From the human T2T-CHM13v2.0 reference genome, Homo sapiens, in the NCBI RefSeq assembly GCF_009914755.1, contig NC_060927.1: a DNA stretch of 64,000 bases; one strand, given 5' to 3'. The notes beneath the pieces are model-generated. The model was not told the DNA's origin. It searched no databases and saw only the letters and a list, made by a program, of their open reading frames with translations. A program made the position numbers and the translations under genes. The number at the start of each line of letters is the position of its first letter. Within the stretch, counting starts at the first letter, position 1. Below, piece after piece: positions 13,639 through 25,250 of the stretch.

Positions 13639-13741
13639 CACTAATAAATTCAGCTTGGATACCAATTCTTCATAAGCACTGATATCACGTACATAATGCC
13701 CTATGTCAATGAAGATCTCAAACAAGTCTGTGGGGAAAAGT
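13639..13741 (-). CDS. NEK10: NEK10 exon LFPTDLFEIFIDIGHYVRDISAYEELVSKLNLLV, 103 nt
   Basis: Acceptor ctctgtag, donor GTG|gtaagt; phase 2-0; followed by a 93-nt intron. Confidence 0.95.
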
Positions 13742-13767
13742 CTACAGAGAATATTACACACACTTAA

Positions 13768-14096
<329 letters not shown>

Positions 14097-14706
14097 CATT
14101 ACTTCCCTTTTGAATGCAGCTCACTCACTGATTAATTACATGAAACAAATTTAACTTCTTTTGGTTATCAACAAAGTTGGGGAAATAATATTCCCCAACT
14201 TATCTCGAAAAAATACACTATTTACAGTTTTTGAGAGGTAAGAAAAAAACAAATGGAGAAGAAAGTTCTAGAGATCTGCTGTACAACCTTGTGCTTACAG
14301 TTAATAACACTGTACACTTAAAATTTTAAGAAGGTAGATGGCATGTTAATATTTTTACCATAATTTAAAATTAGATATGATACAGATTATACAAAAATCT
14401 TACTTGTAAGATATTTGGGGGTATAGGCATTGAATACATTAGAAGGAAACATTTATTGGGTGTTTTTTTGGGTGTGGAGCACTTTCACAAATGTCATTTA
14501 ACTCAGATTTTAGTAAGAAGTAAATACTAACCCAACTTTTAAATAAAAGTTTCATGAAAATAAAAATACTGGTACATGAAAAATAAAACAAATAAAGAGA
14601 TTCATTCATCATTCCCAAGACACTGGTTTCAAGGGGTTTTAAAATCTTTGAGTTCACTAAAAGGGATGATTTAGAGCTCTGAAATGAAAGATTATAAAGA
14701 ATAAGT

Positions 14707-14940
14707 AGCTGGGTGTGGTGGCTCACGCCTGTAATCCCAACACTTTGGGAGGCCAAGGCGGGTGGATAACCTGAGGTCAGGAGTTCAAGACCAGCCTGGC
14801 CAACGTGGTGAAAACCCATCTCTACTGAAAATACAAAAATTAGCCAGGTGTGGTGGTGCATGCCTGTAGTCCCAGCTACTCAGGAGGCTGAGGCAGGAGA
14901 AGCAACAGGATGAGCCTTTGTCAAAAAAAAAAAAAAAAAA
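14707..14940 (+). mobile_element. AluS with internal deletion in the right arm
   Basis: ggcaggagaa joins directly to gcaaca (about 65 nt missing); A tail present. Confidence 0.9.
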
Positions 14941-15022
14941 GAGAACTAATTTTACTTCATTTTCCTCTAAATCCAAACAGTATAGAAATAAAGTAACAAC
15001 ATAAAATGCTCCATGCTTTCTG

Positions 15023-15055
15023 CACTTGATCTCAGCCAAAAGGCCGAAAAGTGAC
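15023..15055 (-). pseudogene. 3'-truncated U2 snRNA retrocopy (about the first 35 nt)
   Basis: Reverse complement gtcacttttcggccttttggctgagatcaagtg(cag) vs U2 ATCGCTTCTCGGCCTTTTGGCTAAGATCAAGTGTAG; perfect 15-bp flanking direct repeat gctccatgctttctg at 15008-15022 and 15056-15070. Confidence 0.92.
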
Positions 15056-15742
15056 GCTCCATGCTTTCTGAACAAAAAATACTATATTAACTCAATACTT
15101 TATGTCTATTCTGCCTTATTAACAAAATTTTAATAAAAACTTGGGCCTATGATTTTGGCTAACCCACCTAACTAAATGGTGTGCAGAACACCACTGAGGG
15201 AACCAGTGTTTGCTTCCCGAAATGGTGACCTTTTGGTCAGGCTCACCAACACAGTATCTTGACCCCAGAACATCCAGCCTCCCCTTCAAATGAGCTCCTA
15301 CACCATCAAAGACACACAAAAAAACAGTTTGTTTTCCCTTTGATTAAATTCCCTTTGATTAAAGTGAAATTACCCGATTGACTTTCAAATTTCTAGCTGG
15401 AAAAAAAGAAGCTCATATTTTAATGCCATCTTTTAAAAATGTTAATATCTTTAATTATCAAAAAGAAAGCTAAAATCACAGCAGTCACATGTAATTAAGG
15501 GGAGTTGTATTGATATAGCAATTTATGCTCTTTCATCATCATTCTGTTAATATTCAGTGTGGCTGGATACTGAATCACTACAGTAGCTCACTTCTATCTG
15601 TGAAATAAGAAATCTGAAGACACATGGTTTGCATACTGACGCATTATTTTCCTTCTGTTGCATCTAAGCCAAGTATGTGAAAACAGTTCAATCTAATGAT
15701 CTCCTAAACCTAATGATCACTTATATTTCTCTAACCTCATAC

Positions 15743-15807
15743 CTTTTAAAGAGTGGTCTGTTTCTTTCCATACTGAAGAGAAATCTCAAGGCTCTGAAAG
15801 CATAACA
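15743..15807 (-). CDS. NEK10: NEK10 exon CYAFRALRFLFSMERNRPLFK(R), 65 nt
   Basis: Acceptor ttttctag, donor AG|gtatga; phase 0-2. Confidence 0.95.
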
Positions 15808-17014
15808 CTAGAAAACAAAAGGATATGTGATTCTCAAATGGTAGCTCAACAAATTAAAACATTTTCAGGAAAGAATTAACAGGAAGTAAACATTAACGTG
15901 ACTTTATTGTAAGTGGCTGGTCCAAGTTGGAGCCAAAGCTTCTAACTGAAAACAAAAAACACCAACACCTGGGGTCATTCCTGTATTTAAAAAGTGTTTA
16001 TGTTGTAGAATGCAGGGAATATTGGCCTTGCTTCACTTGGTACTCGTCATTAATTTCTTTCTAGAAAGTACAAAATGAGTACAGAGACAAGAAATAAAAT
16101 TCCGATGCTGAGAAAACCAAATGTCTAAAGATTTCCAGGAGCTCAAGGTTTATTTTGTTTCTAGCCTGCTATGTATACCTCAATATTTATATGGTTTCTG
16201 TGAGAAAATAAACACTAGAAATGATGACATATAAAAATAGCCGCAGGCACACTGGATTCAAACTTGACAAATTGGTCTCTTGAGTAAAGAGTCTTAAGCA
16301 TTCCCCAAATAGAACAATCTACACTAACTCCCTAGAACGCTCAGAAAGAGGCCTGTGAGCCTTTACCTAGGAAAAATAAACATCTGACATTTTGCAGTAC
16401 TGAGAAAAAAGAGTGTGCCCAGCCTGCAGCTGTGCCTGCACAATAGGCCACCATTGGAGTGATCAGGGTTTGGTGAATCAAATCTGGGATCATTTCCTAA
16501 AATCAGTGATCTGAACACAGAAGGGTCCCATACAAAATTGCCCAGAGAGGTGAGGCCGGTAACAAAATGACATGAAGGAGCCAGGTGAGAGCAGTGGAGA
16601 CTGTGAGAAAGGGAGAGCATGCATATTCCTCAAAAGCCCTCCATCTGGAATTCTAAAAAACCCTCTACTGGCTTAACGAAATGTCTCTGCAGGATGGGTT
16701 TGTCTTTATCTGTTTAACAGCACAGTGTCATATATCTGTGATGCACTGAAGAAATCAAGTCCCATGCCTGCACCTTCCCGTTGGTAGCGCTCCAAAAACC
16801 CCTGCCTGCCAGCACAGAGACACCCCGAAAGAGTCTGCTGGGTTTGGCCATCATTTTGGATGATAACTCTTAAATCAGATTGGAGACAAAGGTTGTTTCT
16901 TTCTTCCTTTTCAAAATGACTTGGGGGAAAAAAAAAGATGAGCTACAACTATTGCAAAGACTAACTTTAAATCAGATTTTGACATTAGGGCCACTGCCCC
17001 CCGCCCCCACTCTG

Positions 17015-17288
17015 CCAATACCCACTCCTCAAAAACGAACATAGAACCCTGCGTAACTGTTCCCCTTTCTTACATGTGAGCCCTCAACTCCTGGAGCACT
17101 GCCTCCCCAAACCACACACCCCAGTTCCACTGAGCAGCTCACCCTTTACTCAGCTCTCCCAACACCCACTCCTCAAAAATGAATGTAGAACCTGGCTAAC
17201 TGTTCCCCTTTCTTACATGTGAGGCCTCATCTGCTGGAGCACTGGCCCCCACAACCACACACCCCAACCCCACTGAGCAGCTCACACT
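17015..17288. repeat. Diverged tandem duplication, period 144 bp, two copies
   Basis: cccactcctcaaaaa...taactgttcccctttcttacatgtgag...ccactgagcagctcac at 17021 and 17165. Confidence 0.93.
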
Positions 17289-17767
17289 TCCCTCAGCACA
17301 CTCTAAGCTCACAGCTTTCACACTTGGTGCATGCTGTTCCCTCTGCATGGAATGCCCTTCCACCCTGCAGCAGATGCCATTGGTGCCCCACCCAATATCC
17401 CCTTATCCACTTGGCAAGTCCCTTCTCATCCATCAAGATCCATGATGGCAAATAATTTTCCCCCTGTTGTTATATTCTGATACATAAGGAATGCATATTT
17501 TTTTAAAAAAATAGAACTTATTGATAAGCAAAGAAACACCTAAATAAATCACCTAATTCTCCCACACAGAGAAACCACTGTTAAGCCTTCTGTATTGTTT
17601 TAATATTATTTGATTCCATGCCAGTCTTCCTTGCCAGATATTTTTCCCTCATAGTCAGTACAGGGACCAGTACTAACCTAAACATTCTAAAAATCATAGA
17701 TCATTTTACCATAGTTACCCAAGATTTCAATAACTTGATACTGAAGGACAAGAGACATGTTTATTAC

Positions 17768-17845
17768 CTGTAATAGATTACTTTTTGCTGCATTCTTTTG
17801 CTTATTTGGTAAAATTAATTTTGCTATTGTATATACACCATTTTC
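17768..17845 (-). CDS. NEK10: NEK10 exon ENGVYTIAKLILPNKQKNAAKSNLLQ, 78 nt
   Basis: Acceptor ttctttcag, donor CAG|gtaata; phase 0-0. Confidence 0.95.
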
Positions 17846-18339
17846 CTGAAAGAATAAAGGGGTCATACTATGAGTGACAACACTGTAGTGATACACAAGC
17901 AAAAAGAGGCAAATAAACAATCTCAAACATTAATATCAAAGAAGAAATATTAGTATAACTATGGACCTTGAAGTAAACATTACAGGACAATATTTAAAAT
18001 GTCAACATAACACTTTTAAACACCAAAGAGTACAACTACAATTTTAAAATTTCAACTGTCTGTGGAGAATCAAGATTATAATAAAGTACATAAACGTAAA
18101 GTGATTCAAATACCTTAAAAACAATGAGAGATTAAAAAGGGACAGAGTAAAGGTGTCCCAATATCTTAGATTTATATCTTTGATATTTATTTATATCCTT
18201 AATTACCACAACCATAAAGGGAGAAATTATATTCCAGTTATTAATTTATGTCTTTATTATAATCTTGACATCTTTCTAGATTTTTTAATTGAAATATACA
18301 CATGAAGGAATGAACAAATAATAATACCTTACAGCCACT

Positions 18340-18600
18340 TTTCTATTATCTAGTAAATATATAATGTACTGATCTTTACTGTGTGCAGGCATTCATATTA
18401 TAACTGCAAAGAGCTTTATTTGCCTTATTGCATCTAATCTCTGTAACAACTCTGTGAAATTAGTCTATAATTTCCTTGTTTTATACATGAGAAAACCAAT
18501 ACTTAGAGTGGATACATTATTTTTTTAGAAGCCAAGCCAAGAAGTAATAATTCCAGGAATTGAACCTCAATCTGGCCAACTTCAGATGCCCTGTTCTATC
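18340..18600. mobile_element. MIR
   Basis: Core ttttatacatgagaaaaccaatacttagagtgg. Confidence 0.6.
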
Positions 18601-19333
18601 AACTACCCCCTGATCTGCTGAGTTTCTCTTATGTCCTAATTTAATCATTGATGAGCTGATCCCTTACTAACATGTACGGATCTTGAAGTTGGATATTGTA
18701 ATGACACAACCAAAAATGTTTTCTCTGTAAAATTCACTAAGTAGGAGGTAACTTTTGTGATAGAAACCCATACAAGGGTTGTACATATACATGTGTATGT
18801 TTATTAATATAGATCTATTAATTTATATTTATGTGTATATATACATACACACACAAACATGTATATATAGCTGTACATATAGTAGATTAATTAGTGGATT
18901 ATACTTTGCAAAATCAGTTTCTTGGCAATAAATATTTTGTTTGCTGTGTCTCAATCATCATTTTTAACTTAATAATCTGATGCATAGTCTTAATCAAAAT
19001 GATTGCTGTCCTTACCTTATGGTATTCTATACACCCAGAATTAATGCAATTCAGAGTATCCCTTTTAGAAAGAAAAAATAAAAGGGACCGCACATAACAT
19101 AATGAAGAAACATCAATTAACCACATGTCAGTCCTTTTTAAGTCAAATGAGTTAAAGGAGGAAGGAGAAGAATATAAAGTGGAACTTTATTAGTTAAACG
19201 AGAAATGTTAAAATAGTTTTAAAATCACATGATGGGAATCCCAAAACCTATGTTCTGGGATACAGACTGCACCACAAGGTGAGTTGATTATGAATGGTTA
19301 TGGAGACCTGACCTTGAGAAGGAGTGCTCTCAC

Positions 19334-19395
19334 CTGAACCACCTGGTGGGCATTGGTGTCATTGAGCACCAGCTCAGTGAGGGCAGCACAGCAGG
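19334..19395 (-). CDS. NEK10: NEK10 exon (A)CCAALTELVLNDTNAHQVVQ, 62 nt
   Basis: Acceptor cattccag, donor CAG|gtgaga; phase 1-0. Confidence 0.95.
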
Positions 19396-19619
19396 CTGGA
19401 ATGACAACAATCAAATGCATAGTGTGCATCATTACAATAAATATACTATCACATAAATACTCTTACTCCACAGGGTATTTTTATTATTTTGCTATTTTTA
19501 TTAGCAAAGTAACTTCTCAAGAAACACTAATTTTCCTTTTGGCACAGCTCTGGAAGAAAAGAAGTTGACTTGTAATGGCTTCTAATTCTCCTCCCCATGT
19601 AATTCATGTGCGTGTCTAT

Positions 19620-20260
19620 TCCACTGCAACCATTTATTGAGCACTTTCTTCGTACCAGGAGGCAAGTATTGCATCTGTCCATTTCATTGTAATCCCCAGT
19701 GCCCAAAACATGCCTGGCACTTAGCAGGTGCTCAACAAATATATCTATAATGGTTGATAAATAAAAGAATGCTTTAAATATATTATTCAACTCAATCCTT
19801 ATAATAAGAGTATGCACTGTGATTACCACTGTTACTGGTGAGAAAACAGTTTCAAAGAGTTACTAGACTAGGCCACACAACCAGTAAGTGGAAATGACCA
19901 GGAGTGCAGCCCCAGTCTGCCAGACGTTAAATCCCCAGCCCTAAGCAGCACCACTCTTGCCTCCTGACAGCCACTGTGGCAGCCTTTGGTGGTATTTTGC
20001 ACTGAGATACTTGTGCTCTCAGAAGTATGCCAGACTCTATAGCACAGAGCTCCTATAAAGGATAATTCCATTTTACTGTGCTGAAGATTTTACATATATT
20101 CCCACATAATTCTCACAATGATCTTCTATCATTGATACCATGATTATCATCACCATTTTACATAAGCAAAACTGGAGCTTGGAGAAATTAAGGAACTTTC
20201 CCAAGGCCATATAGCCATCAATGAGGGTGGAGCCAAAACTCAGACCCTACTCTTAACCGT
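19620..20260. mobile_element. L2 3' ends and MIR fragments
   Basis: catttattgagcac, catgcctggcacttagcaggtgctcaacaaat and MIR core motifs. Confidence 0.6.
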
Positions 20261-20301
20261 TTATGTTTTTAATTTTTATTTTTCCATTTTTATTTAGGTA
20301 T

Positions 20302-22647
20302 TAACATGGTTTGGCTGTGTCCCCACCCAAATCTCATCATGAATTGTAATCCCCACAATTCCCACATGTCATAGGAGGAACCCGGTGTGAAGTGATTGAA
20401 TTATGGGGGTGGGTCTTTCCTGCACTGTTCTTGTGATAGTGAATGAGTCTCACAAGATCTGATGGTTTTAAAAATGGGAGTTTCCTTGCACAAGCCCTCT
20501 CTTTGCCTGCTGCCATCCACTTAAGATATGACTTGCTCCTCCTTGCCTTCCGCCATGATTGTGAGGCCTCCCCAGCCATGTGGAACTGTAAGTCCATTAA
20601 ACCCCTTTCTTTTGGAAATTGCCCAGTCTCAGGTATGTCTTTATCAGCAGCATGAAAATGGACTAATAGAGTAAATTGGTACCAGTAGAGTCGGGCTTTG
20701 CTGAAAAGATAACAGAAATTGTGAAAGTGACTTTGGAACTGGGTAACAAGCAGAGCTTGGAACAATTTGGAGGGCTCACAAGAAGACAGGAAAATGTGGG
20801 AAAGTTTGGAACTCCCTAGAGGCTTGTTGAATGGCTTTGACCAAATGCTGATAATGATATGGACAATGAAATCCAGGCCGAGGTGGTCTCAGATGGAGAT
20901 GAGGAAATTGTTGGTAACTGGAGCCAAGGTGACTCTTGCTATGTTTTAGCAAAGAGATTGGTGGCATTTTGCCCCTGCCCTAGAGATCTGTGGAACTTTG
21001 AACTTGAGAGAAATGATTTAGGGTACCTGGCAGAAGAAATTTCTAAGCAGCAAAGCATTCAAGGGGTGACTTGAATGCTATTAAAGGCATTGAGTTTTAA
21101 AAGAGGAACACAGCATAAAAGTTTGGAAAATTTGCCATCTGACAATGCAATAGAAAAGAAAATCTAATTTTCTGAAAAGAAATTCAAGCCTGCTGCAGAA
21201 ATTTGCATAAGTAATGAGGAGCCAAATGTTAACCCCCAAAACAATGGAGAAAATTTCTCCAGGGTGTGTCAGAGACCTTTGTGGCAGTCCCTCCCATCAC
21301 AGGCCTGGAGGTTTCAGAGGGAAAAACGGTTTCATGGACTGGACCCAGGGTCCCTCTGCTGTGCGCAGTCTAGGGACTTGGTGCCCTGCATCCCAGCCAC
21401 TTCAGTCATGACTAAAAGGGGCCAAGGTACAGCTTAGGCTGTTGCTTCAGAGGGTGGAAGCCCCAAGCCTTGGCAGCTTCCATGTGGTGTTGAGTCTGCT
21501 TGTACACAAAAGTCAAGAATTAGGGTTTGGGAACCTCTGCCTAGATTTCAGAGGATGTATGGAAATGCCTGGATGCCCAGGCAGAAGTTTGCTGCAGGGG
21601 CGGGGCTCTCATGGAGAACATCTGCTAGGGCAGTTCAGAAGGGAAATGTGGGGTCAGAGCCCCCACACAGAGTCCCTGCTGGGGTACTGCCTAGTGGAGC
21701 TGTAAGAAGCAGGCCACTGTCCTCCAGTAGAATGGCAGATCCACTGACAAGTGTGCACAGTGTACCTGGAAAAGCCAAAGAAACTCAACATCAACCCATG
21801 AAAGCAGCCGAGAGGGAAGCTGTACCTCACATAGCCACAGGGGCGGAGCTGCCCAAGATCATGGGAACCCACTTATAGCATCAGCGTGACCCAGATGCAA
21901 GACATGGAGTCAAAGGAGATCATTTTGGAGCTTTAAGATTTGACTGCCCTGCTGGATTCTGGACTTGCTTGGGGCCTGTAGCCCCCCTTTGTTTTGGCCA
22001 ATTTCTCCCATTTGGAACAGCTGTATTTATCCAATGTCTGTACCCCATTGTATCTAGGAAGTAACTGACTTGCTTTTGATTTTACAGGCTCACAGGCAAA
22101 AGGGACTTGCCTTGTCTCAGATGAGATGTTGGACTGTGGACTTCTGAGTTAATGCTGAAATGAGTTAAGACTTTGGGGGACTGTTGGGAAGGCATGACTG
22201 GTTTTGAAATGTGAGGACATACGATTTGGGAGGGGCCGGGAGCAAAATGATATGGTTTGACTGTGTCCCCACCCAAATCTCAATCTTGAATTGTAACTCC
22301 CACAATTTTCATGTGTCATGGGAGGAACCCAGTGAGAGGTGATTGAATTATGGGGGTGGGTCTTTCCTGTGCTGTTCTCATGATAGTGAATGAGTCTCAC
22401 TTGAGATCTGATTGTTTTTAAAATGTTTTTTTTGTAAAACCATTGAAAGTGCATGGAGTTTCCCTGCACAAGCCCTCTCTTGCCTGCCATCATCCACGTA
22501 AGATGTGACTTGCTTCTCCTTGCCTTCCACCATGATTGTGAGGCTTCCCCAACCATGTGGAACTGTAAGTCCATTAAACCTCTTTCTTTTGTAAATTGCC
22601 CTGTCTTGGGTATGTCTTTAGCAGCAGCGTGAAAATGGACTAATACG
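20302..22647 (+). mobile_element. Full-length THE1 (MaLR) provirus: LTR 20302-20670, internal 20671-22247, LTR 22248-22647
   Basis: Two THE1 LTRs; internal region starts gtaaattggtaccag; purine tract before the 3' LTR; 5-bp TSD ggtat at 20297-20301 and 22648-22652. Confidence 0.95.
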
Positions 22648-23850
22648 GGTATAGAATAAGCTATGTAACGTAAACACATCTTAAGTGTAAGGCTCAATGA
22701 GATACTACATATCTATGTGCCCTGTAACCATCCTCCACCCAGAGGAATGTGTAGGCTATATTTCCAGTTCTCAAAGGCTCCTTGTGCCCCTTCTCAGGCA
22801 CTCACTCTCCTATAATTCCACATCTAAGTAACTGTTCTTCTGAATTCTATCACCGTCAATCTCATCCACTCTTTGAATGATTGCTAGAAACACTCAGAGC
22901 TCTGAGATTCCACTGGATTAGACTTCTGGGGAGTCTTCAAACAGTAAACCCCCAGCACAAGACCTTGTACTGAGACAGGGGCCTTTCAGAGTAAGCAGAA
23001 ATGGCACTTTGAGGAGGAGCTCCTATGTCCTTGTTTTCACACCATCTATGAAGAAATATCTTCTGTATTCTTCAGGAGAAAATAGTAGACAGCAAGGAAA
23101 GCCTGCCCTCTCCCACTTCCCCACTCCCTCATTCCCTCTCCTGCAGTCTGCTCTTTCCCCTCAGAGTCTCCCTGTCTCCTGCTGGCCCATACCACACCTC
23201 TCTGCTCCCTTTCTGTGGGCCGCTCTAGGGCACCCAAATTGGCCAATAGCACTCAGACCGCACTGTAGCTCCAGTTGTCCCAAAGGCCAGGTGCCCCCAG
23301 GCAGGGCACAAACTGCATGACTGCTCAAGGTGGCCCTGCCAAAAAGCATTGATGCATTGCTGCTCCTGCTTGCATGTGAAAATCCTAGACAGGGCAGCAT
23401 CTTTCAGTCTTCTCTTTGGAGCTCAAGAAGCATGGGGAAGGTACTCTCTTGCACCTGGTGAGACAAGTGTGTGCACTGTAGATTCCCCCTTATGTAGGGT
23501 GCCCTGGGATCTAGAAAATTCTAGAAAGCATGATTCTGGCCACAGATCAAGCTGCATCCCCTAATCCAGCTTTCCTCATAATAAAGCTAATGTTTTGTAT
23601 CCTTATCTCTGACTTCTGTGTTTATCTCTTGCTAGGTTCAGAACACAGAAGACAAAGAAACATTTGTTGTATCATTCATCTGCAAGTCCAACACTGGGAC
23701 CAAGAAGTTTCTGGCATCCATGTGGATTTCACTTTACATTTTTGTAAACTTCTAAATTTTGCCTACTTAACACTACTACACTAATCTATGATAGTGAATA
23801 ATAATACAACACAATAAATTATAGCATATCAAATAATAAAACATAAATAC

Positions 23851-23990
23851 CTGCTTGAAGTGAGAAAGTATTTTCTTGTATTTCCCTAGGGCTCAAGTCT
23901 TCTGATAAATGAAGCTGCTGGATTCGGCCTGCAGCATTTGCACTGGACAGGCTTCCAATGGAGGAGTGATCAGAAACAAAATTTCTGTCT
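23851..23990 (-). CDS. NEK10: NEK10 exon DRNFVSDHSSIGSLSSANAAGRIQQLHLSEDLSPREIQENTFSLQA, 140 nt
   Basis: Acceptor tttttcag, donor G|gtattt; phase 2-1. Confidence 0.95.
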
Positions 23991-24029
23991 CTGAAAAAGA
24001 AAAGTTAATGCATAGACCATTTATCAATT

Positions 24030-25250
24030 TCCCTTCACCGTCAGTCCTTTCTGTGTCACATTTAAGAAATCTTTGCCTCCCTCAGGTCATGAAGGCATCA
24101 TTATTGTTTCACTTTCCAATCCACCTGGAATTGATTTTTGTGTATGGTGTGTGGTAAGAACCATTTTTTTATGGTTACTGATTTCTCACTATTTATTGAA
24201 AAGTGTCCTCTCCCCACTGCTCTACATGGCCACCTTTGTTTTTGAATTTTCTATTTTCCTGGAGTTGATTCACCTGAATACATCTCAGTCTTGATTATTC
24301 TCAGTTTCCTTTTTCCATGAACTTTCAATCTTCCTTTATTTTAAGAAAGTTCTCTCCTATCATATCTTGGAAATGTTTGGCCCTTTTCATTTTACTCTGT
24401 ACTTCAGGGATCTCAATTGTCCACATGTTGAAAACCTGTCTTCTTCTATTGGGCGTATCTTTCATTTTCTAATTTCTTTTATTCATTGGTCTTTTTCTTC
24501 TGCATTATATGTAATTTTTTTCAAGCTTACCCTACATTTTACTATTTCCATTTTTTTCTGGTGATCTAGCAATTTATCGGTTCTGTAGGTGTTATTCAGT
24601 CCTTGTTTTCTTTCCTAGCTCTGCAGTCTTCTCCCTTTTTTGTGTCCAAAAATTTGTTTCATCTTTAATCTCATTTCATAAATTCATGCTCTGCTTAATG
24701 TCTTTGATGAAATAAAGCATTGGCTTTTCTGTTTACTCAGTACACTTTCTTCCATAATAGTTCTTCATCTGTCTTTCACCTGCTTTGTTCCCTTTTGTTT
24801 TACATAGTTACCATTTTTTTCCATGTATTTATTTTTTATAGCAGCAACTCTACCTGAATTTCTCTGTGCCTAAATGTAACATGGATGGAGTTTCCTTGAC
24901 TTCCCTCTCATGTCATCTGGGTCCACTAGTGTCCTCCCTGCAATGAGCATGGGGAAGGTAATGGAGCTAGGCCTAGGGACAGTCACAGGTGGTGATCTTA
25001 TCTGTCAACATGATTCTCTTAAAACTCAAATTGTAGGGATCTCTTCACCTGATCAAGAGAGCCCTTTGGGAGCTGCCTTTGAGTTTGAGATGGCAGGTGA
25101 ACAGGCATGAGAAAGTGTCCCAGAAACTGCCCTGAAAACAGTGTTCTTCATACTCCAGCCACAAGACAGCCTGGAAACGTCTACCCCTAATGCCAGCTGC
25201 AGTCAGCCCAGGGTCAGGCACAAGCTCTGAAAAGAAACTGTTTATCCAGC
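24030..25250 (-). mobile_element. Degraded L1ME-like fragments
   Basis: atccacctggaattgatttttgtgtatggtgtg motif and T-rich strand; approximate. Confidence 0.55.

Noticed and set aside
20671-22247. Coding capacity of the THE1 internal region
   Set aside because: The internal ORF is broken into short pieces in different frames
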